DNA of 32,000 nt, taken from assembly GCF_013365495.1 (NCBI RefSeq), contig NZ_CP046580.1, positions 690,001 through 722,000 of the forward strand. Reading direction: 5' to 3'. Source of the DNA: Candidatus Saccharimonadota bacterium. Lineage in GTDB: Bacteria; Pseudomonadota; Alphaproteobacteria; Rickettsiales; Anaplasmataceae. The notes beneath the pieces are model-generated. The model searched no databases. It had not been told where the DNA came from and saw only the letters and a list, made by a program, of their open reading frames with translations. Shown here in pieces: positions 1 to 9,496 of the stretch; within the stretch, counting starts at the first letter, position 1, and every line of letters begins with the position of its first letter. A program made the translations under genes and the position numbers.

Positions 1-887
1 GTTAAAATTTCACAATTTACATACCTTAATGAGCTCTTCAATGCTTGAAAATTTACGAGTGCAGTAATATCATTATTACCAACATTCTCAAGAAAACCAC
101 TATAGTTATGTTGTCCTACAGATTGTAAAGTACTTTTATATGTAGGATATACATAGCCATAATCTATAATTATGGCAGCACCTTTATTACTAACTATTTT
201 TTTTTCAAGTTTTTTTAACACTTCAATCCCAGCTAAACATACCTCTACTACAGCACCATCAAAAAATTTTCCATTTATTACTTGAGCAGCTGACATTAAA
301 ATATACAATTTCTTTTTCTGAATCTTAGTTATCAAGCTTTGAAAAAACATCTCATTATTCTGCTTTGCTATTCTTTTTTCATACCACTTTCCACTATAAT
401 ATATAAACTGATCCATAGGGAGAGCATCAAAAAATTCATTTGCTATAAAAATAGTTGGTTGCTCTGGTAAGTTACTAATATCAACATGCCAATTAATACT
501 TAATTCTTTTAATTTTTCCTCTTGTATTTTTCGCAAAATAGGACTAATCTCAATTAAGTAAACATTCACTGACCTAAAAAAATCGCTGTATTTTTTAGTA
601 ACTCTCAATATATCATAAATAAGTGTTCCTCTACCTGGTCCAAGTTCAACTAAAGAAAATTTTGGTGGCTTTCCTAACTTTTCCCATGTATACATAATCC
701 AAACTGCAATTACTTCGCCAAATAATTGACTGATTTCAGGTGCAGTAATAAAATCACCATCTTTACCAAGTGGTGATTTATTCATATAATAACCATACTT
801 TTTATGATATAAAACAACATTCATAAAGTCACTAATAGATATTGACCCTTGATTTTTATCAATCAATTTATATAAATAAGAAAGCAT
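1..887 (-). CDS. MidA/NDUFAF7-family (DUF185) SAM-dependent methyltransferase; 3' end runs off the window
   Basis: Not in the ORF track (no stop inside the window). The reverse complement from CAT at 885-887 reads MLSYLYKLIDKNQGSISISDFMNVVLYHKKYGYYMNKSPLGKDGDFITAPEISQLFGEVIAVWIMYTWEKLGKPPKFSLVELGPGRGTL... This contains the GDFITAPEISQxFGE and LVELGPGRGTL motifs typical of this family. The frame stays open to base 1. Confidence 0.8.
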   Translation of the reverse strand, partial: MLSYLYKLIDKNQGSISISDFMNVVLYHKKYGYYMNKSPLGKDGDFITAPEISQLFGEVIAVWIMYTWEKLGKPPKFSLVELGPGRGTLIYDILRVTKKYSDFFRSVNVYLIEISPILRKIQEEKLKELSINWHVDISNLPEQPTIFIANEFFDALPMDQFIYYSGKWYEKRIAKQNNEMFFQSLITKIQKKKLYILMSAAQVINGKFFDGAVVEVCLAGIEVLKKLEKKIVSNKGAAIIIDYGYVYPTYKSTLQSVGQHNYSGFLENVGNNDITALVNFQALKSSLRYVNCEIL

Positions 888-981
888 ATTGTTAATAAAT
901 GTCTAATATTATAATATATAAATTAGTAGAATATTTATATATATAATATAAACCTAAGAGCCTATTGATAACACTTTAATT

Positions 982-1350
982 ATGAATGATCAAAATACCA
1001 ATAATATTAACTCTACAAGTTCAAATAACAGTATTAAACACAAACTCAACAAAACTATCAATTTTACAAAAAATAAAGTTATCAATACTGATGGACTAAC
1101 TTTAGTAGAAGTATTTCAAGCACTAATTCAAATGCTGAATAGTGATTTAGAACTAGTAAAAAAAGTGCTAACACATGCTAATATTATGGTAAAACATGGA
1201 ATGAAAGTAGCAAAGGAATCAGAATTAAGCAGAGTCGATGTTCTTCGATTTCTCGAAAGCAAAAAAAAAAATATCAGTAGACAAAAAGATTATATCAGGA
1301 AACCATCTCCTACACCTATCATAAAATCACCTCCAAAAAAAGGATTTTAG
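982..1350 (+). CDS. hypothetical protein (Asn/Ser/Thr-rich N-terminus, Lys/Pro-rich C-terminus)
   Basis: 122-aa ORF with an ATG start. No family recognised. It contains an A11 tract (1261-1271) encoding KKKN. Its TAG stop is immediately followed by the ATG of the next ORF. Confidence 0.5.
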   Translation: MNDQNTNNINSTSSNNSIKHKLNKTINFTKNKVINTDGLTLVEVFQALIQMLNSDLELVKKVLTHANIMVKHGMKVAKESELSRVDVLRFLESKKKNISRQKDYIRKPSPTPIIKSPPKKGF

Positions 1351-1632
1351 ATGGCTAACTCCATAAAAAAATTTACCGTACAATGTAATTTTAGAGGAGA
1401 AATTTCATCTTTTGTTATATACATAGGAAACCCCAAAAATGACACTCATCCGATTCACCACCAAGATTCCTGGCTCATAAAGGAACGTGGAGGCAATATT
1501 CCTACTAAAATAAAAGAAAGTCTGCAAAAACTGCATAAATTATCAAAAGAAAATGGAATACCCTTTCCAGAATTATGTACATATGCCATTACAGTAGTTA
1601 ACAATAGTGATAAAAAACATAGGAAAAAATAA
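1351..1632 (+). CDS. small conserved-looking hypothetical protein
   Basis: 93-aa ORF starting directly after the TAG of the upstream ORF. The composition is protein-like (KKFTVQCNFRGEISSFVIYIGNP...HPIHHQDSWLIKERGGNIP...NGIPFPELCTY). I cannot name the family with certainty. Confidence 0.55.
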   Translation: MANSIKKFTVQCNFRGEISSFVIYIGNPKNDTHPIHHQDSWLIKERGGNIPTKIKESLQKLHKLSKENGIPFPELCTYAITVVNNSDKKHRKK

Positions 1633-1633
1633 T

Positions 1634-1655
1634 AATACCTTTCAGTATTTTTTTC
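1634..1655 (+). terminator. weak intrinsic-terminator-like hairpin after the 1351-1632 ORF
   Basis: AATAC-CTTTCA-GTATT (5-bp stem) followed by a T7 run, 2 nt after the stop codon. The stem is short and AT-rich. Confidence 0.3.
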
Positions 1656-2851
1656 ATACCCCAACCTCAAACACTGAAAATAACAATGCAATTTATCACT
1701 GCTATATTATTTACTTTATAAATATAGTATAAAAATAACACAATACAAACACTTTACTAATAAAATTTATACTAAGTTCAATTTTTTTTAAAATTTAAGC
1801 TACTTTATGAAAATAAAAAAGTAAACAAAGAAATATTGTATTTATCATTAACTTTCCCATATCAACACACCATATTTTTATACGTTACACAGTTAATACT
1901 ATACTACCAACTCAGCTATAATAAAGAGAGTTACTAAAACTAAAATAATGAAAAAGTTCTTAAAAAGAAAAATTACTTCCCATAGTATATATTAGAATAG
2001 AAAGATATAGAAGTTTTGGTAAGAATGAATAATACAACAAAAAAACTATCTTCCCTTAAAAAGATCATTTAAATGCTCATGCATGACAAATCATAAATAA
2101 AAATCTAAAGCAAAATTATAAATGCTATTGTAATAGCAGTTCACAATTATTTATACCCTATTTAAAATAAAAAAAAACTCTAGTTAAGAGTTATATGAAG
2201 ACAGTAAATTAATTTTAAGAAGCAAGTATCTTAATTCACTATTTTAAAATACCATACACTACCAATATTCAATTTATATACTATATAATTATATTATAAA
2301 ATTATAACCAATTCCATATTTAGTGAATAATAATAAAAGGGTTTTTAATTATCAAAAATATTTAATAAAGGCCTAGAAAACTACTGTGAAAAATAAGCAT
2401 AAATTATCATATAACTATTACATGGATAGAATAAGCTTAACTAATTCTTAAATAAAAAATATTTTATAGAAATAAAATACCATATTTAAAATATTTTACA
2501 ATATACAAATAAGTTAGATGACATATATTAATCAAACTTATCTTATATCTAATAACATTAAATCTTAGAGATCTGCTATTTTTAGCAATGCACTATCACA
2601 CATCAAGTCAGCAAAATTACTTACCTAACTTTAAAAAAACTAGTGTAAACCTATAAAAATAGATGCAAATTAATATTAAAACTACAAATTCTTATACAAA
2701 AAACAAAATAAAACATTTAATCCTTAAGCTATTAGAAACAGGTTCTATATAATAAATCACAATTAATTATAGAAAATTACTACAATCAATTATTTACAAT
2801 CATATAACACTACTTGCCATATTAATCATACCTCTATTACAAGCACATAAC

Positions 2852-3682
2852 TTAACATCTTAATATCTCATTTATAGAGGTTTTTAATCTTGTTTTTGCA
2901 TCTACTTTTTTCATTATAACTACACAATAAGTTGAAACATTATTCTTAGATAAAGTAGATCCTGGTACTACTACAGAATAAGGTGGCACTTCACCATAAA
3001 ATACTTCGCCAGTTTCTTTGTTAAGAATTTTTGTTGATGATCCAATAAAAACTCCCATACCCAAAACTGACCCTTCTCTTACTATAACACCTTCAGTTAC
3101 TTCGCTACGTGCTCCTATAAAACAATTATCTTCTATAATAACTGGAGAAGCTTGAATAGGCTCTAAAACCCCACCAATTCCTACTCCTCCAGAAATATGG
3201 CAATTCTCACCTACTTGTGCACAGCTACCCACTGTTGACCACGTATCTATCATTGTACCTGAACCGATATAAGCACCAACATTAATAAAGCTCGGCATAA
3301 GGACAACATTTGTACCTATATAAGCAGACTTACGGACAAAACATCCAGGAACTACTCTAATTTTCAATTGACGAAATTTTTCTTCATCCCATCCATCAAA
3401 TTTACTATTAGTTTTATCAAACCACCAATTATTATTACCTATCGCTTTACTTTCTTCAACAAGAAAGTATAATAATATTGCTTGCTTTATCCATATGTGT
3501 ATTATCCACTGTCCATTTGATAACTTTTCAGCTACTCTAATTTTACCACAATCAAGAAGCTCAATTATCTCTTTGATTACTACTTTTGCTGTTACTTTCA
3601 CATTACGATTAATGAGTTCATTCCTATTTTTCCAGATATTTTCCACATGATTTTGTATTTTATCTAATTGTAAGCTTTTCAT
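2852..3682 (-). CDS. dapD: 2,3,4,5-tetrahydropyridine-2,6-dicarboxylate N-succinyltransferase
   Basis: 276 aa with hexapeptide-repeat left-handed beta-helix signatures (GAYIGSGTMIDTWSTVGSCAQVGENCHISGGVGIGGVLEP...IIEDNCFIGARSEV). Length and N-terminal domain are typical of DapD. ATG at 3680-3682. Confidence 0.9.
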   Translation of the reverse strand: MKSLQLDKIQNHVENIWKNRNELINRNVKVTAKVVIKEIIELLDCGKIRVAEKLSNGQWIIHIWIKQAILLYFLVEESKAIGNNNWWFDKTNSKFDGWDEEKFRQLKIRVVPGCFVRKSAYIGTNVVLMPSFINVGAYIGSGTMIDTWSTVGSCAQVGENCHISGGVGIGGVLEPIQASPVIIEDNCFIGARSEVTEGVIVREGSVLGMGVFIGSSTKILNKETGEVFYGEVPPYSVVVPGSTLSKNNVSTYCVVIMKKVDAKTRLKTSINEILRC

Positions 3683-4691
3683 TCATTATACACATAAAAC
3701 AATAAATCTACATATTGATTTCAATAATACAAACCTTATTAACTATTCTATACTAAGCTCTATAAACATACAACTATAATATTGCACTAGAATTACTTAA
3801 TAACTGTGAATAAATAAGCAAATTTTAAAGAAAAGTAAAATCTACAAACCACAAGATTATTGCTATTTTACTATAAATATTTAGTAAAAGTAAAATAAAT
3901 CATATATTATTTTTATATCAAAAAATTAGCGAAGGTAATTTTTTTAATGTTTATTACCTAATTTTGCTACAGTAATAAAACTATATATTGAGAACCTTCC
4001 AATAAAACAGAGTAAGACATACAAAATAATTAACTAATCATAAAAATTCAGTTCACTACAAACTAAGAATAAAAAAACAATAGTTTAAACATAAAAGACT
4101 CACCCAAGAAAAATTTCTTGAGACTACTTTTTTACCATCTATCGTAAGATTTAGTGAAGCAAATTAAACCTTTCAATCTCATCACTTAAAAAGCCAACAT
4201 ATTCAACTCACCCCAAATTTAGAAAAGTAAATTTTAATACCATATAACAATAATTTTCTTAGATTCTATTAAATTATTCTAGCTATAAACGCTTTAAAAT
4301 TTACCTAATAGAAAAAAAAGTTGAGTAACTTAATAAGTAAATATCCCTTCTCTTAACTCTACAAATTAATATCTTTTATCTACTTAAGATTTATAAGCAC
4401 ATTTCAGTTAAAAACTTCAAAAGTGAGCAAAACAACAAAAATATTAAGATATACTGTGTAAAAAATTAAATATAAGATACAACTATACAATATAGTCATC
4501 CTGCAATCTATACAAAGATTAAAGATAACTGAATCCTTTTATATCACAAGGATAAAATTAATAAAATCTCAATAGCTTTTTTTATGATTATATAAACTCA
4601 GGTATATTACATAAATCATACAAAAGTATATTTATAAAAATAATCTATAAAAATTCATAAAAATATTATATACTCTAAAATACAAGCTTTT

Positions 4692-5786
4692 CTATAAATA
4701 GAATCGAGAGCTTAACCTTAAATCTTCTTCAGAAACTATACAACTGAGTAGCAACCCTATACATATCAAACTTGCAGCAGTTATACTTCCCCCATAAGAT
4801 AAAAATGGCAATGGATCACCTATTACAGGTAAAAAACCTATTGTCATTCCAATATTTATAAAGAAATGAGCACCAAAAAAAGCAAAAATTCCAATAGATA
4901 CTAATTTAGAAGAATAATTTTTTGTTCTATAAGCAACAAAAAATATTATAGCAAGCAATATAGTATAAAGAAAAATTAAAGCCATACCACCTATAAAACC
5001 CCATTCTTCACCAAGCACTGCAAAAACAAAATCTGTACATTTCTCTGGCAAAAAACCAAGTTGAGTTTGACTTCCTCTAACAAAACCTTTACCAAGCAAT
5101 CCTCCTGAACCAATAGCTATTTTAGATTGATGTGCATTGTAACCTACTCCAAGCGGATCTATTGACGAATCAAAAAAAGATAATATTCTTTGCTTGTGAT
5201 AAGAATGAAAAAAAAAGCAAATGGCTGGTATTAAAAACACACCAAATGTTCCAAAAATTATTAAATGTAACCTTTTTATTATTGACGTAAATATAATTGA
5301 TGTCCCTATAAACAACATTATCACAGCTGTGCCTAAATTAGGCTGTTTTAATGTTAAGAACACAGGCAAGAGAATAATTATAAACGCATTAAATAATTTA
5401 CGCAATTCCATCATCTTATATACACTCTGTTTACTAAAATAACGAGCAAGTACAAGTATTAATCCCACTTTCGCAAATTCTGATGGCTGTAAACTCATTG
5501 AGCCTATCTTTATCCACCTTGTTGAACCCATTACGGACAAACCAAAACAGTTTACTATCAATAGTGCAATCATTACTATTATATAAAAAAAATAAGCATG
5601 CCTTAAATAAAAATCTAGCTCTATAAATGACATAGCTATAGCTAGCAAAAAAAAGAAAGAAAAAACAACTAATTGATGAACTGCAAATGGCATCCATTTT
5701 CCTGAAGCAGAAGAATATTGAATAATAATACCAATACAAAACAGAGCTATTAAATTAATAACTAATAACCAATAAATTCCTTTCAA
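4692..5786 (-). CDS. SEDS-family protein (RodA/FtsW/SpoVE type peptidoglycan glycosyltransferase)
   Basis: 364 aa, polytopic. It has family motifs QPSEFAKVGLILVLARY, GTAVIM, DPLGVGYNAHQSKIAIGSGGLLGKG, LPEKCTDFVFAVLGEEWGFIG and PFLSYGGS. Size favours RodA over FtsW. The start codon appears non-ATG, and my hand reading of the first ~10 codons did not register cleanly, so the start is taken from the ORF track. Confidence 0.85.
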   Translation of the reverse strand: MKGIYWLLVINLIALFCIGIIIQYSSASGKWMPFAVHQLVVFSFFFLLAIAMSFIELDFYLRHAYFFYIIVMIALLIVNCFGLSVMGSTRWIKIGSMSLQPSEFAKVGLILVLARYFSKQSVYKMMELRKLFNAFIIILLPVFLTLKQPNLGTAVIMLFIGTSIIFTSIIKRLHLIIFGTFGVFLIPAICFFFHSYHKQRILSFFDSSIDPLGVGYNAHQSKIAIGSGGLLGKGFVRGSQTQLGFLPEKCTDFVFAVLGEEWGFIGGMALIFLYTILLAIIFFVAYRTKNYSSKLVSIGIFAFFGAHFFINIGMTIGFLPVIGDPLPFLSYGGSITAASLICIGLLLSCIVSEEDLRLSSRFYL

Positions 5787-5861
5787 TATTTTATAAAATA
5801 ATCCTTACATCTTATTGTCTTACAGTACAATAAACACTAAAATATATAAAATAAAAAAAAA

Positions 5862-7331
5862 TCAAAAAACTAATCTCTCAACTACTGAACAAACAAGATT
5901 ACTATATATTCCAATTACTACTATTAAAATAGTCATAAATAATAGACAAAAAAGCATAGGTAATGGTATCTCATTAGCATAAACAGCTATCATTTTAACA
6001 TGTGATGCTGTTGTAGTATTTCCAAAATACATTTTCTCCACCATTTGCCATATGTATATTAACGCAAGAAAAGAACTAGCAACAAAAATTACAAGAGAAA
6101 TCCATGCATGAGACTCAATAATTGCTTTCATCATATACCACTTACTTACAAAGCCACTTGTTAAAGGCATACCAATTAATGCTAATCCAAGTAAAGTAGA
6201 CATAAATGTTATATAAGGCATTGATTTTTCTAACCCTGATAAATTCTCTACCTTTGTTGAATTAAACTTATAAGAAATGCACCCAGCAACCATGAATAAA
6301 GATATTTTTACCATACTATGATTTATAGTATGAAAAACTGCAGCAAACAAACCTGTTTTTGAGTTCAAACCTAACATTAAAACTATATAGCCAATCTGGC
6401 TAATACTAGAGTTAGCAAGCAACTTTTTCATATCTGTCGCAGTTATCGCAAACAATGCCCCAAACACAATAGAACAAAGTGCAAGTATAACTATTACGTT
6501 ATTTAATGGAGGTTTAAATAAAAAAAAATTCTGATGAAAAATGGTATAAAAGATTCTAATAAAAACATATATCATAACTTTGGTTACTGTACCTGAGAAA
6601 AATATAGTAATAAAACTTGGCGCCTCACTATATGAATTAACTAACCACTTACCTAATGGGAATAATGCCATTTTAGTCGAGAGACCAATAAAAATAAATA
6701 ATGTACCAAGCCTCACTATATTATTATCATATAGTGACATTATTCTCTCAGCCATATCAGACATATTAAGCGTAGCTGTTATAGAATATAAAAGCCCAAT
6801 ACCAAATAAATAAAACGTTGCACCTATCGTTCCACTAATTAAGTATTCCAACGCTGCAATTAGTGCTTTTTTATCCCTTCCTACTGAAACTAGCACATAA
6901 GAAGAAAGAGATGAAATTTCTAAAAAAACATAAAGGTTAAATACATCATTTGTTACCAAAATTCCAAGTAGTCCACTTAAGCACAACAAAAACAAAGAAT
7001 AAAAAACAGCTATTTTATTTTTACTAATCTCTTTTTCATTGATGTAAAAACTATAAAGAACACTTATCAACGCCACAAAATTTACTAAACTTAAAATTAA
7101 GGAATTTAATATATCAATCCTTAACTCTATTCCGTATGTAGGAATCCAATTTCCAAGATAATAAGTTACAACTTCACCATTATAAGTTTTCATGAGTAGT
7201 ATCGATGAAATAAGAAAAGTAGCTGCTGTTGTAATAAAAGAGATAAACCAAGAAAATCTATGCTCCCTAACAAGAGAGCAAAATACTGACGCAATTATTG
7301 GTATAATAACTTGTAAAATTACTAATTGCAC
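5862..7331 (-). CDS. proton-conducting membrane transporter, MnhD/MrpD / NuoN-like (monovalent cation:H+ antiporter subunit D family)
   Basis: 489 aa, about 14 TM segments. It shows the typical family pattern (LLGILVTNDVFNLYVFLEISSLSSYVLV, AALEYLISGTIGATFYLFG, LFPLGKWL..YSEAP, ANSSISQIGYIVL.., HTINHSMVK). Confidence 0.8.
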   Translation of the reverse strand: MQLVILQVIIPIIASVFCSLVREHRFSWFISFITTAATFLISSILLMKTYNGEVVTYYLGNWIPTYGIELRIDILNSLILSLVNFVALISVLYSFYINEKEISKNKIAVFYSLFLLCLSGLLGILVTNDVFNLYVFLEISSLSSYVLVSVGRDKKALIAALEYLISGTIGATFYLFGIGLLYSITATLNMSDMAERIMSLYDNNIVRLGTLFIFIGLSTKMALFPLGKWLVNSYSEAPSFITIFFSGTVTKVMIYVFIRIFYTIFHQNFFLFKPPLNNVIVILALCSIVFGALFAITATDMKKLLANSSISQIGYIVLMLGLNSKTGLFAAVFHTINHSMVKISLFMVAGCISYKFNSTKVENLSGLEKSMPYITFMSTLLGLALIGMPLTSGFVSKWYMMKAIIESHAWISLVIFVASSFLALIYIWQMVEKMYFGNTTTASHVKMIAVYANEIPLPMLFCLLFMTILIVVIGIYSNLVCSVVERLVF

Positions 7332-7394
7332 TAAATTTTGTAATAAATTGCCAAAGTATTAAGTATATGTAATACTTTTTGTTTTAATAGTTTA

Positions 7395-7700
7395 ATGTTA
7401 TCTAAAATTTTTAATGCAATAAAATATTTATTACAAAGGAAAGCTAAATTTATAGGAAAAGACAAAAATGGAAATTCTTACTATGAATCAAAAAGCGGAA
7501 AAAGGTGGGTTATATATAGTAATGTTCCAGAACCTACAACAGTATCTTCAAAGTGGCACATATGGATTCACTATACTGATAATACAGTACCAGTTAATGA
7601 TAAAAAAAGAAAAGTAAAACACACTCATAATTTAACCAATAGAAAAGATTTATATAAAGTTAAAAATTATTATGAAAGCTGGAAACCTAATAATAATTAA
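7395..7700 (+). CDS. NDUFA12-family protein (NADH:ubiquinone oxidoreductase 17.2-kDa subunit homologue)
   Basis: 101 aa. GKDKNGNSYYESKSGKRWVIY...EPTTVSSKWHIWIHYT matches the alpha-proteobacterial/mitochondrial NDUFA12 signature (G.D..GN.YYE....RRWV.Y....E.s.vp..WH.WLH). Confidence 0.8.
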   Translation: MLSKIFNAIKYLLQRKAKFIGKDKNGNSYYESKSGKRWVIYSNVPEPTTVSSKWHIWIHYTDNTVPVNDKKRKVKHTHNLTNRKDLYKVKNYYESWKPNNN

Positions 7701-8553
7701 ACGTGTAAAGACTAGTATATCTGAAATAACTATTAAGCTATTTTATACTATTTTTATTATTTTTTAATCCACTCTCAATATTTAAACTTTTTAAGAAAAA
7801 ATTACAACTGCCAGAATATATAATCCTTTATTAAAAGTTAGTAGCATAAGAATACAATAAAATTGTCAAACCTTAAAATACCAATTAAGAGCTAACCTCA
7901 ATAACATAAAAAATTTTTGTGGCAAACTGTTAACATATCACTTATATTATACTCAATCAACCTCGAATAATTCAAAATTAAACAACTCAAACTAATAAAA
8001 TTAGAGTAGAACACGAATAAAGTTCTCAATACATTTTAATATCTGATCGAGTATAAAAATTACTAATAAACTTTGCAACTCTTTGCACTTATGCATTACA
8101 AAATTATTTATTATTTTTTAACATATTTATTTTCTAATAGACTTAAATAAAAAACTCAACATACCTATATGCACATATTATATTTAATTCTCACCAATTA
8201 CTATTTATGCATTATTTATATTATCAACTGTACTATAAACCTACGTTACCAAATATTTAAAAGCATTAAAATATCAACATATAAATAAAATAAATATCAG
8301 GTAACTCCTATACTAAATTTTTTCTTTTTATTTAATAGCTTCAAAATATTAAAACAATTCACAAAGAAACATTTTTTTCTAACAACAAATTATATACCTT
8401 CAAAGTATAATATAGAACTTAGTTCCTTGGAAAAAGAAAGATCTAAATCTTAAAAAGATTATTTCCTATACACAAGTATGTTTGTATAACCACAGTTCCA
8501 ACGATATCTTTCTTCAAAACATAAAATGGTACATAAACCTATGAAATACTATG

Positions 8554-8627
8554 TGGGACTAGTGCGATTCGAACGCACAACCTTCGGATTAGGAATCCAA
8601 TGCTCTATCCTACTGAGCTATAGTCCC
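8554..8627 (-). tRNA. tRNA-Arg (anticodon CCU)
   Basis: The reverse complement GGGACTATAGCTCAGTAGGATAGAGCATTGGATTCCTAATCCGAAGGTTGTGCGTTCGAATCGCACTAGTCCCA folds as a cloverleaf. Acceptor stem is 7 bp (GGGACTA/TAGTCCC), D stem GCTC/GAGC, anticodon stem TTGGA/TCCGA with loop TTCCTAA, T stem GTGCG/CGCAC with loop TTCGAAT, discriminator A. CCA is not encoded. Confidence 0.93.
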
Positions 8628-8660
8628 ATATTTCTCCCACTTACTCATCATAGCAAAAAA

Positions 8661-8698
8661 TTACTTATCTTTTACTTATCTTTTTATCTTTTAATCTC
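8661..8698. repeat. short tandem repeat (TTACTTATCTT x2, then degenerate TTTATCTT / TTAATCTC)
   Basis: Read directly: 8661-8671 and 8672-8682 are identical 11-mers, followed by two decayed copies. The repeat lies about 35-70 nt upstream of the tRNA-Arg 5' end (minus-strand sense). Confidence 0.7.
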
Positions 8699-9313
8699 AA
8701 CCCCCACAACAACAACTAATAACAATAAAGCACTTTAATACACCTCTTAAAATATCTGATATCATCCTATCACTAATTTCACTAATAATTGATGAGTAAC
8801 CATTTGTTATTCAAGATAATTAAAACAACTTAACTTCAAATAATATAAACATTAACGTACTTTAACGTGATTATAAACACAGTAAAACATAAAAACATAC
8901 ATTTCTAAACTGAATTTAAAGAAGCATAGTAATGAGTGAATAACAACGTAAAATTACAATAAAACCTTCAATTTATTCTTGATAAACTATTTTTAAATTT
9001 AGATATACCTTAAAAACTAAACAAAACACCATATATTCTCTTTCTTTTATAAAGAAATATTCATTTTTCTAATAAAACCAATGACTTACAAGAATCATAA
9101 AAAACCTTAATTCCATACTACGGTAAGAAAATTGGAAAGACAATTCAATCAGGATTTTTTCTAAACATATCTTTGCTCAAAATAGCTCAATTAAAATTAC
9201 TAAAAATAGATTTAAAAATTTTAGTCTAAGTTAAATAAAGATGATATAATTTATATATACTTGACTTCAGACAAGTTTTTATATTTTAAATATTATATTT
9301 AATGGAGGTACAA

Positions 9314-9481
9314 ATGAGTTTAGGACCATGGCAATTATTTTTAGTCTTGATAATAATCTTAATTTTATTTGGTGCAGGCAGATTACCTCAAGTTATGAGT
9401 GATTTAGGAAAAGGCATTAAAAACCTTAAACAAGAACTTAAAGACTCAGAGAAATTATCATCTAATGAACCAGATCGTTAA
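9314..9481 (+). CDS. tatA: twin-arginine translocase subunit TatA/E
   Basis: Below the ORF-track size cut-off. GGAGGT (9304-9309) lies 4 nt before the ATG. It translates to MSLGPWQLFLVLIIILILFGAGRLPQVMSDLGKGIKNLKQELKDSEKLSSNEPDR (55 aa), the canonical TatA N-terminal TM helix plus FGxxRLP and amphipathic helix. Confidence 0.9.
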   Translation: MSLGPWQLFLVLIIILILFGAGRLPQVMSDLGKGIKNLKQELKDSEKLSSNEPDR

Positions 9482-9496
9482 CGTTCTCATATTTTT

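Noticed and set aside
3493-3503. DnaA-box-like TTATCCACT, considered together with the presence of rpmH-rnpA (often origin-proximal)
   Set aside because: It is a single imperfect box inside the dapD coding sequence. There is no cluster of boxes, no dnaA gene and no AT-rich unwinding-element context that stands out from the already AT-rich background.
8526-8738. 70-aa + strand ORF
   Set aside because: It runs straight through the minus-strand tRNA-Arg gene and into low-complexity spacer, so it is a spurious translation.
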